Source of the DNA: an uncultured Gemmatimonadales bacterium
GTDB lineage: Bacteria > Gemmatimonadota > Gemmatimonadetes > Gemmatimonadales > GWC2-71-9
NCBI GenBank assembly: GCA_963779755.1
Contig: CAVZZO010000001.1
Coordinates: forward strand, 320,001-384,000
DNA length: 64,000 nt
Direction of reading: 5' to 3'
The position numbers and the translations under genes are program-made. Shown piece by piece: positions 1 through 9,311 of the stretch; the stretch's first letter is position 1, and the number at the start of each line of letters is the position of its first letter. The notes beneath the pieces were generated by a model that worked only from the letters and a program-made list of their open reading frames with translations, ran no database searches and was not told where the DNA came from.

Positions 1-1170
1 GAATGGGCCGGGATTGCCATCGACCGGGACTTCTTTCAGCGCCTCTCGGGTGAGCTGGCGGACGATCTGCGGCGCCTGGAACGCCGCATTCTCGAGGTCG
101 CGGGAGGCGAGTGCAACCTCAATTCTCCCCGGCAGCTCGCCGCCCTGCTGTTCGAGAGGCTGCAGCTGCCCGTGGTCAAGAAGACCAAGACGGGGCCGTC
201 CACCGACGCGGACGTCCTGCAGCAACTGGCCGGCATGGGCCATGAAATCCCCCAGCTCATTCTGGACTACCGCGAGCTGGAGAAGCTGCGCTCCACGTAT
301 GTCGATGTGCTGCCATCGCGGGTGAATCCCCGGACCGGACGGATCCATACCAGCTTCAACCAGACCGGGGCGGCGACGGGGCGCCTCTCCTCCTCCGAGC
401 CCAACCTGCAGAACATTCCCGTGCGCTCGGAACGGGGCGGGGCGATCCGCCGCGGGTTCGTGGCGGCCCCGGGGTGCCGGTTCGTGGTCGCGGACTATTC
501 CCAGATCGAGCTGCGGCTCATTGCGCATCTCTCGGAAGACCCGGCCTTCATCGAGGCCTTCCGGCGGGGCGGGGACATTCATGTCCAGACGGCGGCGGTG
601 ATCTTCAGTGTGCCGGCGGAGCAGGTCACACCGCAGATGCGGGCGCAGGCCAAGACTATCAACTTCGCGACCATCTATGGCCAGGGGCCGTTCGCCCTCA
701 GCCGGCAGCTGGGGATTTCCATGGAGGAGGCGCGCGCGTTCATCGCACAGTACTTTGAACGCTTCGCGGGCGTCCATGCGTACCGCGAGCGGATGGTCCA
801 CCTGGCCCGGGAGCGGGGCTACGTCGAAACCATCTTCGGGCGGCGGCGCTACATTCCCGAGGTCAGGGACCGCAACTTCAACGTCCGGGCCTTCGGCGAG
901 CGCACCGCCGCCAACTCTCCGGTGCAGGGTTCGGCGGCCGACCTGATCAAGATCGCCATGCGAAATATTCACCAGGCACTGAAGGGCATTCCCGGGGGCG
1001 GCCGCATGCTCCTGCAGGTGCATGACGAGCTGCTGTTCGAGTCACCCGAAGCCGAAGCCTCCGCGCTGGCCGAGCTGGTAACCCGGCATATGCAGGAAGC
1101 CGTGGCGCTGCGCGTCCCGCTGGTGGTGGAGGTCGGGATCGGCCCCAACTGGCTGGAAGCGAAGCATTGA
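1..1170 (+). CDS. polA: DNA polymerase I, C-terminal polymerase domain (5' part outside the window)
   Basis: Open frame from base 1; family A motifs TGRLSSSEPNLQNIP, DYSQIELR, AKTINFATIYG, LQVHDELLFE. Confidence 0.98.
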   Translation, partial: EWAGIAIDRDFFQRLSGELADDLRRLERRILEVAGGECNLNSPRQLAALLFERLQLPVVKKTKTGPSTDADVLQQLAGMGHEIPQLILDYRELEKLRSTYVDVLPSRVNPRTGRIHTSFNQTGAATGRLSSSEPNLQNIPVRSERGGAIRRGFVAAPGCRFVVADYSQIELRLIAHLSEDPAFIEAFRRGGDIHVQTAAVIFSVPAEQVTPQMRAQAKTINFATIYGQGPFALSRQLGISMEEARAFIAQYFERFAGVHAYRERMVHLARERGYVETIFGRRRYIPEVRDRNFNVRAFGERTAANSPVQGSAADLIKIAMRNIHQALKGIPGGGRMLLQVHDELLFESPEAEASALAELVTRHMQEAVALRVPLVVEVGIGPNWLEAKH

Positions 1171-1196
1171 AACGGATCGTTCCGGAGGAGGCCGCG

Positions 1197-1583
1197 ATGA
1201 ACCGGCGCACCCGTGCGGGATATACCATCATCGAAATCCTCATAGTCCTGCTGGTCGTGGGCATCCTCGCCCTGCTGGCACTGCCGCGCCTGCAGAACCA
1301 GAAGGAGAGGGCAACCTTCGCGAGTATGGAGTCGGACCTGCGGAATCTGGCCACCGCGGAGGAGAGCTACCTCTTCAGCAAGGGCACCTACACCACGGAC
1401 CTCGTAGCGCTCCAGGTGACCCTGAGTCCCGGCAATGTGCTGGTGGTGAACGAGGCGACCGATGCCGGCTGGTCCGCAACGGCGACCCATGTGCCGGCAG
1501 TTACCAAGATCTGCTATCTCTTCCACGGGGCCGCCACCCCGGTTGGGTCGGCGGTCAATGAGGGGGTCATCAGCTGCAGCTAG
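1197..1583 (+). CDS. Type IV pilin-like protein
   Basis: GGAGGAGG RBS, basic leader MNRRTRAG|YTIIE with Glu+5, hydrophobic helix, C-terminal Cys pair. Confidence 0.88.
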   Translation: MNRRTRAGYTIIEILIVLLVVGILALLALPRLQNQKERATFASMESDLRNLATAEESYLFSKGTYTTDLVALQVTLSPGNVLVVNEATDAGWSATATHVPAVTKICYLFHGAATPVGSAVNEGVISCS

Positions 1584-3826
1584 CGGCCCCGCACGCCGGG
1601 CCACCAGTTCCACCGGCCGGCCAGATGCATGAAGGCCGGCACCAGCACCATCCGCACGATCGTCGCATCCAGCAGCACCGCCAGGGCCAGCCCGAAGCCC
1701 AGGAACTGCATCGCCAGAACCCGGGCGAAGGCAAAGACCCCGAAGACGATGATCATGATGAGCGCGGCCGAGGTGATCACCGAGGCGGTGGCGCTCAAGC
1801 CCTCCATGGTGGCCTGACTATTGCGGCCCGTTTTGTCGAACGCCTCCCTGATCCGGGTCAGCAGGAAGACTTCATAGTCCATACTGAGGCCGAACACGAC
1901 GGCGAAGACCAGCACCGGCACTACCACATAGATGGCGGATGTCGGCCCCCCCAGCCCGAAGAGGCGGCTGCCCCACCCGTGCTGGAAGACCAGCACCGTT
2001 ACGCCGAAGGTGGCGCTGACCGAGAGCGTGTTCATCACGACGGCCTTGAGGGGCACCAGGAGCGACTTGAACGCGAGGGCCAGCATGATGCTGGTAGTGA
2101 GCAGAATGAGCAGGACCATCATGGGGAAGCGTCCCAGCAGGTCCTTCTGCAGGTCCACGTTGGCCGCGGCGTAGCCGCCGACCAGCACGGTGGCGCCGGC
2201 CAGGCCCCTGATCTCGCTCTGGGCGACCCGCCGCGTCCGGCGCACCAGGTCCATCGAGGAGGTCAGCGAGGTGGTATCGGCCGGCACCACATCCAGCAGG
2301 GTGGCCCGGCCGTCGCGGCTGAGATACGCGTCCAGAAATCCCGGGAACTGCTCCCGGGCCGCAGGCAGGTCGCTGTAGAGCACGGAGTAGCCCAGGACCG
2401 AGCGGCTGGCGCGCAGGTCCACGATGCTTCGCACCCGGTCGACCCGGGGATCGGCCTGGAGAGAATCGGAAAGCGCCATCAGGGCGCGCAGGTGCGCGGC
2501 GCTCACCGCCCGCTGTCCCGCCGGAAACCGCACCATGACGCGGACCGGCTGGATGACGCCGGCCACGCCCATCCTGCTCAGCACTTCGGCCCCGGCCCCC
2601 GACTCGGTGCCCTGCGGCCACCAGTTGTGCGAGGGAAGGCCGATGCGGATCCAGAACAGCGGCGCGCTCATGATGGCGATGGCGGTGCCCCCCAGTGTGA
2701 GCGCCCGCCAGGGATGGCGGCTCAGGCTCCGGGCCCATTTCTCCCAGATGCGGGGAGCGTGGTACCAGGCGAGCCGCCGGGCCACGGCGCGGGGAAAGTC
2801 GATGTGCCGGCCCAGGAGTGCCAGCAGGGCGGGCAGCAGCGTCACCGACAGGGTGACCGCTACCAGGACCACGATGAGCCCGCCCACGCCCACGCTGCGC
2901 GTCTCCACCAGCGGTGTGGTGAGTAGCGCGGCAAAGCCCACCAGGACGGTGAGGCCCGAGGTGAGCACCGCGGCCCCGGCGGTGTGCAGGGTGCGGATTG
3001 CGGCGTCCCGCCGGGAGAGGCCGCGGTTCAGCTCCTCCCGGAACCGGGTAACGATGAGCAGCGAATAGTCGATGCCGACGCCCAGGCCGATCATCGTGGT
3101 CATGTTGAGCACGAAGATCGACATCGGCATCACCCGCGCGACCAGCGAAATGATGGCCAGGCTGATGGTGATCGCCAGAAAGCCCACCAGCAGGGGCAGG
3201 GTGGCGGCGACCAGGGCGCCGAAGGCGAATACCAGGACCACCAGGGTCAGCGGCAGCGAGAACAGCTCGCCCCGCACGCTGTCCTGGGCGGTCACCCGCC
3301 GGACGTCGTGGTCCAGGGGCGAGCGGCCGGTGACCAGTGCGGTATAGCGCGAGCCCGCCGGCGCGGCCGCCAGGGCCGACCGGACCGCCGCGCGTGCCGG
3401 CTCCACCAGCGCCCCCACACTGTCGGGGTTGGGAGCGCGTAGCGCCGCCAGCAGAAAGGTGGTGTGCTGGTCCCGGCTCAGAAACGTGGAATCGCCGGTG
3501 GTGTAGAACGACACGACGCCCTGGATGTAAGGCTGGCGCTCGAGCGCGGCGATGATCGAATCGGCCACCGCATGGCCGGCGGGGGCGGTGAGACTGTCCG
3601 GGCCCTGCAGGGTGACGGCAAAGAACTCGCTCAGCGGGTGGCTGAAGCCTTCCCGCAGCAGCGCCTCCGCCGCGTCCGATTCTGTGGGCCGGTGGCTGCC
3701 GCCCCGGGTGTTGAGAACCTCCTGGACGTGGCGCGCGTAGTGCAATGACGCGAGCGTCACGACCGCCCAGCAGGCGATGGTGGCCCAGCGATAACGAACG
3801 AGGATGCGGGCGAGGTAACGAAGCAT
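1580..3826 (-). CDS. MMPL-family (RND superfamily) transporter
   Basis: Two TM modules with GLGVGIDYSL and FGLSMDYEVF, ending GRWNWWP; start placed at MLRYL. Confidence 0.92.
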   Translation of the reverse strand: MLRYLARILVRYRWATIACWAVVTLASLHYARHVQEVLNTRGGSHRPTESDAAEALLREGFSHPLSEFFAVTLQGPDSLTAPAGHAVADSIIAALERQPYIQGVVSFYTTGDSTFLSRDQHTTFLLAALRAPNPDSVGALVEPARAAVRSALAAAPAGSRYTALVTGRSPLDHDVRRVTAQDSVRGELFSLPLTLVVLVFAFGALVAATLPLLVGFLAITISLAIISLVARVMPMSIFVLNMTTMIGLGVGIDYSLLIVTRFREELNRGLSRRDAAIRTLHTAGAAVLTSGLTVLVGFAALLTTPLVETRSVGVGGLIVVLVAVTLSVTLLPALLALLGRHIDFPRAVARRLAWYHAPRIWEKWARSLSRHPWRALTLGGTAIAIMSAPLFWIRIGLPSHNWWPQGTESGAGAEVLSRMGVAGVIQPVRVMVRFPAGQRAVSAAHLRALMALSDSLQADPRVDRVRSIVDLRASRSVLGYSVLYSDLPAAREQFPGFLDAYLSRDGRATLLDVVPADTTSLTSSMDLVRRTRRVAQSEIRGLAGATVLVGGYAAANVDLQKDLLGRFPMMVLLILLTTSIMLALAFKSLLVPLKAVVMNTLSVSATFGVTVLVFQHGWGSRLFGLGGPTSAIYVVVPVLVFAVVFGLSMDYEVFLLTRIREAFDKTGRNSQATMEGLSATASVITSAALIMIIVFGVFAFARVLAMQFLGFGLALAVLLDATIVRMVLVPAFMHLAGRWNWWPGVRGR

Positions 3827-3934
3827 GGCGAATGTGTCGGACGCCGGCGCGGGCCGGCGGCGGGCCAATCTTAGACGCGCCGGGAGCTGGATGCTAGCGG
3901 TGGCCCCCGGGCGCGGGGCATATTAGGGAGGCCT

Positions 3935-4687
3935 ATGCGGTATCTGCTGCCCCTGCTCATCCTGCTGCTCCTGGTGCTCATTGTGCGGGACCACCTGCCG
4001 GCGGGCTCCGGCCCCCGGGTGGCTCCGCCGGGTGTGGTGCGCTCCGGCGAGGGCGCCCGGGCCGGCGCCGACCTGCGGCTTGCGCCCGACAGCTCGGGCC
4101 TCCGGCTGCGGAGCGCCATCCGTGCCAGCCTCACCATGGAAGGTACGGGGATCTACCTCGACAGCCTGCTGCTGACGGCCGATTCGGTGCTTCGCCGCTG
4201 GCCCGACCCGCTCCCCCGGCTCCTGCACGTCGCCATCGTGACCGGCGGGCCCGACCTCTACGGTCCGCGCATGCTGGACATGGTTCGCGAGGCTCTCGAC
4301 GAATGGGAGCAGCTCGGCGTTGGGCTGCAATTCGATTTCGCCGCCGACAGCAGTCACGCCGACATCGTGGTCCGCTGGGTCGACCACTTCCCCATCGACC
4401 GGACGGGGCAGACCGACCTCACCTGGGACCAGAACGGCCGGATCCGGCACGCGTCCGTCTCGCTGGCCGTACGCGACATGCGGGGTCGGCCCCTGCCGGA
4501 TGCCGCTCTGCGCGCGGTGGCGGTGCACGAGATCGGCCATGCCCTCGGGCTGCCGCACTCCGCCAGCGCCGGCGATGTAATGTTCCCCGAGCCGCGGACG
4601 GTCGATCTCTCCAGCCGCGACCGCCGGAGCGTCCGGCTGTTGTACCGGCTTCCCGCCGGCTCCATCCGGGACAACCCGCTGCCCTGA
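3935..4687 (+). CDS. Matrixin-like secreted zinc metalloprotease
   Basis: N-terminal hydrophobic segment, HEIGHALGLPH (HExxHxxGxxH) and downstream Met-turn VMFP. Confidence 0.9.
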   Translation: MRYLLPLLILLLLVLIVRDHLPAGSGPRVAPPGVVRSGEGARAGADLRLAPDSSGLRLRSAIRASLTMEGTGIYLDSLLLTADSVLRRWPDPLPRLLHVAIVTGGPDLYGPRMLDMVREALDEWEQLGVGLQFDFAADSSHADIVVRWVDHFPIDRTGQTDLTWDQNGRIRHASVSLAVRDMRGRPLPDAALRAVAVHEIGHALGLPHSASAGDVMFPEPRTVDLSSRDRRSVRLLYRLPAGSIRDNPLP

Positions 4688-5835
4688 TGCGCACCGCCCC
4701 CGGTATTCTGCTGGCCCTCCTGCTGGCCGGGCCGCTGCGCGCCCAGTCGTTCGACGCGGCCGACTCGGCCGTGCGGGCCGGCGTCCGGGCCGGGATCTAT
4801 CCCGGAGCGGTGCTGGTCATCGGGCGTGGTGACACCATCCTGCACGCCCGCGGGTTTGGGCATCTGACCTGGTCGTCCCGCAGCGCCACCCCCCGTCCGG
4901 GCGCGACACTCTATGACCTTGCTTCCCTGACCAAGGTCGTCGCCGCCACCGGCGCCGCGCTGCTCCTGGTGGACCAGGGCAAGCTGCTGCTCGATGTGCC
5001 GGTCTCCCGCTATCTGCCGCGCTGGCGTGGCGGCGCCCGGGACCTGGTCACCGTTCGCATGCTGCTGAATCACACCAGCGGCCTGCGCCCCTGGGCGCCC
5101 TACTTCCGCGAGGCGCGCAGCCGGGACGGCGCGCTGGCCCTGCTTTACGACGAAACCCCGCGGTACCCGCCCGGCAGCCGCAGCGAATACAGCGATCTCA
5201 ACGCCATGCTGCTCGGCCTGGTGGTCGAGAAGGCCTCCGGCATGACGCTCGACCGCTATACCGCCGAGGCGCTGTTCCGCCCGCTTGGCATGACCCGGAC
5301 CACCTTCCGTCCCGGCGCCGAGTTCCGGGGCCGGATCGCCCCCACCGGGTTGTGGCACGGGCATCCGGTTTACCAGGTAAACGACCAGAACGCCGCGCGG
5401 CTGGGCGGCGTCTCCGGTCACGCCGGGCTCTTTTCGACCGGACTGGACCTGGCGCGCTACGCCCAGTGGTGGCTGCACCAGGGGATGGCGGGAAACCGCC
5501 GGCTGGTTTCCGCCGGCGTAATGCAGAGCTTCCTCGCGCCCGATCCGGAGGCCGGCACCCGGTTGCTCGGATGGGATTCCCCCGATCCGGAAGAGACCGA
5601 CGTCTCCAGTTTCGGTTCGCTGCTCTCCACCGCGTCGTACGGCCATACCGGGTGGACCGGGACGGAGATGTGGATCGACCCGGCACGGAATCTCTTCGTG
5701 ATCTTCCTGACCAACCGCAGTTATCATCCCCGCACCTCGCGGTCGATCAGCCGCCTGCGCGCCGTTCGGGCCTCCGTCGCCGACGCGACGGTCCGGGCCG
5801 CCGCCGGCTGCGTGGTGGCCAGCGCCACCTGCTGA
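4687..5835 (+). CDS. Serine hydrolase, beta-lactamase class C-like family
   Basis: ATG overlaps upstream TGA; signal peptide, SLTK (SxxK), YSD, GHAGLFST, GHTGWTG. Confidence 0.92.
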   Translation: MRTAPGILLALLLAGPLRAQSFDAADSAVRAGVRAGIYPGAVLVIGRGDTILHARGFGHLTWSSRSATPRPGATLYDLASLTKVVAATGAALLLVDQGKLLLDVPVSRYLPRWRGGARDLVTVRMLLNHTSGLRPWAPYFREARSRDGALALLYDETPRYPPGSRSEYSDLNAMLLGLVVEKASGMTLDRYTAEALFRPLGMTRTTFRPGAEFRGRIAPTGLWHGHPVYQVNDQNAARLGGVSGHAGLFSTGLDLARYAQWWLHQGMAGNRRLVSAGVMQSFLAPDPEAGTRLLGWDSPDPEETDVSSFGSLLSTASYGHTGWTGTEMWIDPARNLFVIFLTNRSYHPRTSRSISRLRAVRASVADATVRAAAGCVVASATC

Positions 5836-5888
5836 GCGGCGCCGTTATCTTTCCTTCTCAGGCCGCCGCGCGGCCGGAAGGAGCGACC

Positions 5889-6188
5889 ATGCTGAACGAG
5901 GAGTACATCCGGAAGGCACTGCGGGCGGTCAAGGATCCCGAGCTGAACCTGAACATTGTGGACCTGGGTCTGGTCTACACTGTCCAGGTCAGCGCCGAGG
6001 GCGATGTGCAGGTGGAGATGACCCTCACCTCGCCGGGGTGCCCCGCCGGTCCCGAGATCGTCACCGATGTCAACCACACCATTCGCGATCTGGACGGCGT
6101 GCGCTCGGTCGACGTGGAGATCGTCTGGGAGCCCTACTGGACCCCGGAGCGTATCGATCCGCGGGTACGGGCCTTTCTGGGCGGCTGA
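5889..6188 (+). CDS. DUF59/SufT-like Fe-S cluster assembly factor
   Basis: DPELNLNIVDLGLVY, MTLTSPGCP and PYWTPE motifs; AGGAG RBS. Confidence 0.92.
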   Translation: MLNEEYIRKALRAVKDPELNLNIVDLGLVYTVQVSAEGDVQVEMTLTSPGCPAGPEIVTDVNHTIRDLDGVRSVDVEIVWEPYWTPERIDPRVRAFLGG

Positions 6189-6194
6189 TCGCCC

Positions 6195-7358
6195 TTACAC
6201 GCCGGTCAGCGCCCGCAGCAGCGCGGGGCCGGTCACCGCCGCCTGCCACTGGCGCAATTCGGGAACGGCGGCCAATTCTTCCATCGAGTGCGGCTCGGCC
6301 CGGGCAATGGCCTCCAGTGTTCCGTTGGGGCAGAGCACCCCCGGCGCCAGGTCCACCTGCTGGGCCAGCGCATTCCGGGCCACCTTGAGCCGCTCCAGCC
6401 GCTCCTGCAGCGCGGGATCGGGCGCGGGCCGTCGCCCCCGTACCAGCTTCGGTACCTCCGCCTCCGGGGTCTCCAGCCCGGCGCGAACGGCCTGCAGCAA
6501 CTCCTTCCCCCGCCGGGAAACCGTATCCGCACCGATCCCCTTGATGGCGCCCAGCGCGGAGGGCGTCTGCGGCTGCTCCCGCGCGAGCGCCAGGAGCGCG
6601 TCGTTGCTCAAGACCCGGAACGCAGCCCGATCCTGCCGCCGGGCCAGATCCTCCCGCCAGCGGTAGACCTCCCGCAGGACGGCGGTCTGGTGACCGCGCA
6701 GCTGCCTTGATCCCTTGACTCTCCAGAACCCCTCGGTATCGTCCGGCGGCGTCCAGCGGAGCGTCTCCAGGCGGCGGAATTCCTCCTGCGCCCAGGCCAG
6801 CCGGGTGGCCTCCCGCAGCCGCTCGCGCAGGATGTCCCGGAGCGACGGCAGATAGCTGGTATCCATGGCGGCGTAGGCCAGCATGTCCGCCGAGAGAGGT
6901 CGGCGGGACCAGTCGGCCCGCTGGAAGCGCTTGTCCAGCCGCACGCCGAGGTGTTTCTCCAGCAGCGCCGCCAGCCCAACGCCCGGCTCATTGAGCAGTT
7001 GGGCCGCAATTCTCGTATCGAAGATGTTGCTGGCACGAAAACCGTAATCGCGATGGAGCAGGCGAAGGTCGTAGTCCGCATCGTGAAAGACGAGCTCGAC
7101 CGCCGGGTCGGCCAGCAGGGTCCCGAGCGGGCCGAGCTCGGTTACCGGCAGCGGGTCGATGACGGCGGTAGTGGATCGTGTGGATAGCTGGATCAGGTAG
7201 ACCCGGTCGTGGAACTTGTGGAAGCTGGCGGCTTCTGTGTCGAGGGCGAGCAGCGGCAGGCCCGCGATTTCCCCGAAAAAATGGCGAACATCCTGGTCGG
7301 TCTGGATGTACCGGGGTGAGGGCGCTTCGGTGTCTGCGGAGGGCATCTTTCCCGTCAT
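6195..7358 (-). CDS. rnd: Ribonuclease D (DEDD 3'-5' exonuclease plus HRDC domains)
   Basis: LALDTE, FHDADYD, DTRIAAQLL, QRADWSRRPLS, YAAMD; HRDC-like C-terminus; start uncertain (7358 or 7346). Confidence 0.88.
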   Translation of the reverse strand: MTGKMPSADTEAPSPRYIQTDQDVRHFFGEIAGLPLLALDTEAASFHKFHDRVYLIQLSTRSTTAVIDPLPVTELGPLGTLLADPAVELVFHDADYDLRLLHRDYGFRASNIFDTRIAAQLLNEPGVGLAALLEKHLGVRLDKRFQRADWSRRPLSADMLAYAAMDTSYLPSLRDILRERLREATRLAWAQEEFRRLETLRWTPPDDTEGFWRVKGSRQLRGHQTAVLREVYRWREDLARRQDRAAFRVLSNDALLALAREQPQTPSALGAIKGIGADTVSRRGKELLQAVRAGLETPEAEVPKLVRGRRPAPDPALQERLERLKVARNALAQQVDLAPGVLCPNGTLEAIARAEPHSMEELAAVPELRQWQAAVTGPALLRALTGV

Positions 7359-7507
7359 TTGCGAAACCTCGCGGGGTCGCGCGTCCCAGGCAACGGTCTC
7401 TTTAGAGTACACGGCTAAGTCAGTGGCGAGACACTAACGCGACAGTCACTGCTACCGGAAGGTTCATGGCGCCGCTACCTTAGCCACCACCGCCACCGGG
7501 AGGTTTC

Positions 7508-8710
7508 ATGCGGGACGTGGACCTGCGGGTCTACCCCGATCAGTGCGATGCCTTTGACCATCTCAATCAGGCCGCTTCACTGGCGCTGTTCGAGCGAGCC
7601 CGCTGGGAGATGCTGGCGCGCGGCCCGGGCATGGACCTCTTTGCACGGGCCGGTACCTGGCCGGTTGTCCGGAAGACCACGATCGAATACCACGCCCCTG
7701 CGCTCGCCGGCGATGTGCTCCGCTTCTCCCAGACGCTGCTGCATCATGGCCGCACCAGCTTCACCATGAGGCAGACCGCCCGGCGCCTGGGCGATGATCT
7801 GCTGATCGCCGCCGCGGAGTTCGTGCTGGTCTGTGTGGACCGGAGCGGTCGGCCGGTGCCGGTGCCGGAGGAGCTGGGGCGGTTCATGGAAACGGCGGGC
7901 GCCGCTTCGGGGCAGCCGCAGCGGCTCACGGTGAACGGAGTCAGCCTGGCGGTGGAGTTGGCCGGCGAAGGCCCCGCCCTTCTTTACATCCACGGCTTCC
8001 CGCTGGACCGGACTATATGGCGCCATCAGCTTGCGGGGATCCCTCACTGGCGGGGGCTGGCGCCGGATCTTCGCGGCCTGGGGCAGTCCGCCGCGCCCGA
8101 TCTGGGTTACAGCATGGGGACCTACGCCGCCGACCTGGCTGCCCTGCTCGATACCCTGGGTATCGAGCAGGTGGTGCTCTGCGGACTGTCCATGGGCGGT
8201 TATGTGGCGTTCGAGTTCCTGCGGCGCTACCGCGAGCGGGTGCGTGGAGTGGTGCTCATTTCCACCCGGGCGGAAGCCGATACGCCGGAAAGCCGGCGAA
8301 CGCGCGATGCGAGTGCCGCGCTGGTGCGGGAGCGGGGGGCCGCAGCCCTGGCGGAGCAGATGTTACCCGGCATGCTGGCGCCGGCGAGCCTGCAGACCCG
8401 GCCGGAGATCGCCGCCGATCTCCGGCGCTTGATGGGGGCCGCGCCCGTTCCGGGCATCGTGGGCGCCCTGGCGGCCATGCGCGACCGGCCCGACAGCCGA
8501 CCCCTGCTTCCCTCGCTCGAGGCCTTGCCGGCGCTGGTTCTCGCCGCGGAAGAAGACCAGATCATCGGACTGGAGAGCGCCCGGGCCATGGCCGAGGCCA
8601 TTCCCCAGGCCAGCCTCCGGATCATCCCCGGGGCGGGGCACGTCTGCACCCTGGAGCAGCCGGGGGCGGTGAACGGCGCGCTGCTGGACTTCCTGAGAGG
8701 GCTGGAATGA
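7508..8710 (+). CDS. Hotdog thioesterase fused to an alpha/beta hydrolase
   Basis: N-terminal DAFDHLN (4HBT/YbgC-like); C-terminal HGFP, PDLRGLGQS, GLSMGG nucleophile elbow, EED, GAGH. Confidence 0.85.
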   Translation: MRDVDLRVYPDQCDAFDHLNQAASLALFERARWEMLARGPGMDLFARAGTWPVVRKTTIEYHAPALAGDVLRFSQTLLHHGRTSFTMRQTARRLGDDLLIAAAEFVLVCVDRSGRPVPVPEELGRFMETAGAASGQPQRLTVNGVSLAVELAGEGPALLYIHGFPLDRTIWRHQLAGIPHWRGLAPDLRGLGQSAAPDLGYSMGTYAADLAALLDTLGIEQVVLCGLSMGGYVAFEFLRRYRERVRGVVLISTRAEADTPESRRTRDASAALVRERGAAALAEQMLPGMLAPASLQTRPEIAADLRRLMGAAPVPGIVGALAAMRDRPDSRPLLPSLEALPALVLAAEEDQIIGLESARAMAEAIPQASLRIIPGAGHVCTLEQPGAVNGALLDFLRGLE

Positions 8711-8848
8711 AACCGCGCCGCAGAGAGGGCCGTACGGACTGAAGCGGTGGTGTGGCAGGCCGCCGTGGCAGTACCTCCCTTCCGGACGGCCCCGGGGTCG
8801 CGGCCACGCAGTACGACCTCGCGGGCCGCTCTCTTTTCAGCAGAAGGC

Positions 8849-8885
8849 AAAGAAACAAGGCAGGGAACACGGGTTCCCTGCCTTG
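8849..8885 (-). terminator. Intrinsic terminator downstream of the ferredoxin gene (possibly bidirectional)
   Basis: Perfect 13-bp stem CAAGGCAGGGAAC/GTTCCCTGCCTTG, 4-nt loop, TTTCTTT tail on the minus strand. Confidence 0.75.
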
Positions 8886-8920
8886 CTCGTCTTTTCTCTT
8901 GCCGCTGTCTCTCCAGAGCG

Positions 8921-9184
8921 CTACTTCTGCGGCGGTCCCGGCGGATTATCCCCGGCAAAGACGTCACGGTTCCTGGCGATATAGGATTCCCACTGCGGCG
9001 GCACGTCCTCTTCGGGGAAGATGGCTGTCACCGGGCACTCCGGCTCGCAGGCCCCGCAGTCGATGCACTCGTCCGGGTGAATGTAGAGCATGTCCTCACC
9101 TTCATAGATGCAGTCGACCGGACAGACATCTACGCAGGCGCGGTCCTTGACGCCGATACAGGGTTCGGCAATTACGTACGTCAT
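8921..9184 (-). CDS. fdxA: FdxA-type dicluster (7Fe-like) ferredoxin
   Basis: [49 protein letters not shown]-like site. Confidence 0.93.
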   Translation of the reverse strand: MTYVIAEPCIGVKDRACVDVCPVDCIYEGEDMLYIHPDECIDCGACEPECPVTAIFPEEDVPPQWESYIARNRDVFAGDNPPGPPQK

Positions 9185-9311
9185 CTGACCTGCTCCTCCG
9201 AAGAAAGCGCCCGGGGGGATGCTCAGGGCGCGGGCGGAAGATTTATACGACGGCCGGGTAGGCAACGCAAGGGGGCGGCCGGGACAACAAACGGCCGCTT
9301 ATCTTCTGCCC

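Noticed and set aside
8708..8750. Hammerhead ribozyme core (GAAA and CTGA present)
   Set aside because: Reads CTGAAGC rather than CTGANGA, and the stems do not fit any hammerhead topology
8770..8800. SRP RNA (ffs), suggested by TCCGGAAGGGAG on the minus strand
   Set aside because: The conserved CAGG and AGCA internal-loop bases of helix 8 are missing
8747..9311. N-terminal part of the 870-aa ORF 8747..11359
   Set aside because: It is antisense to the ferredoxin gene and terminator; the real gene starts at 9312 in another frame
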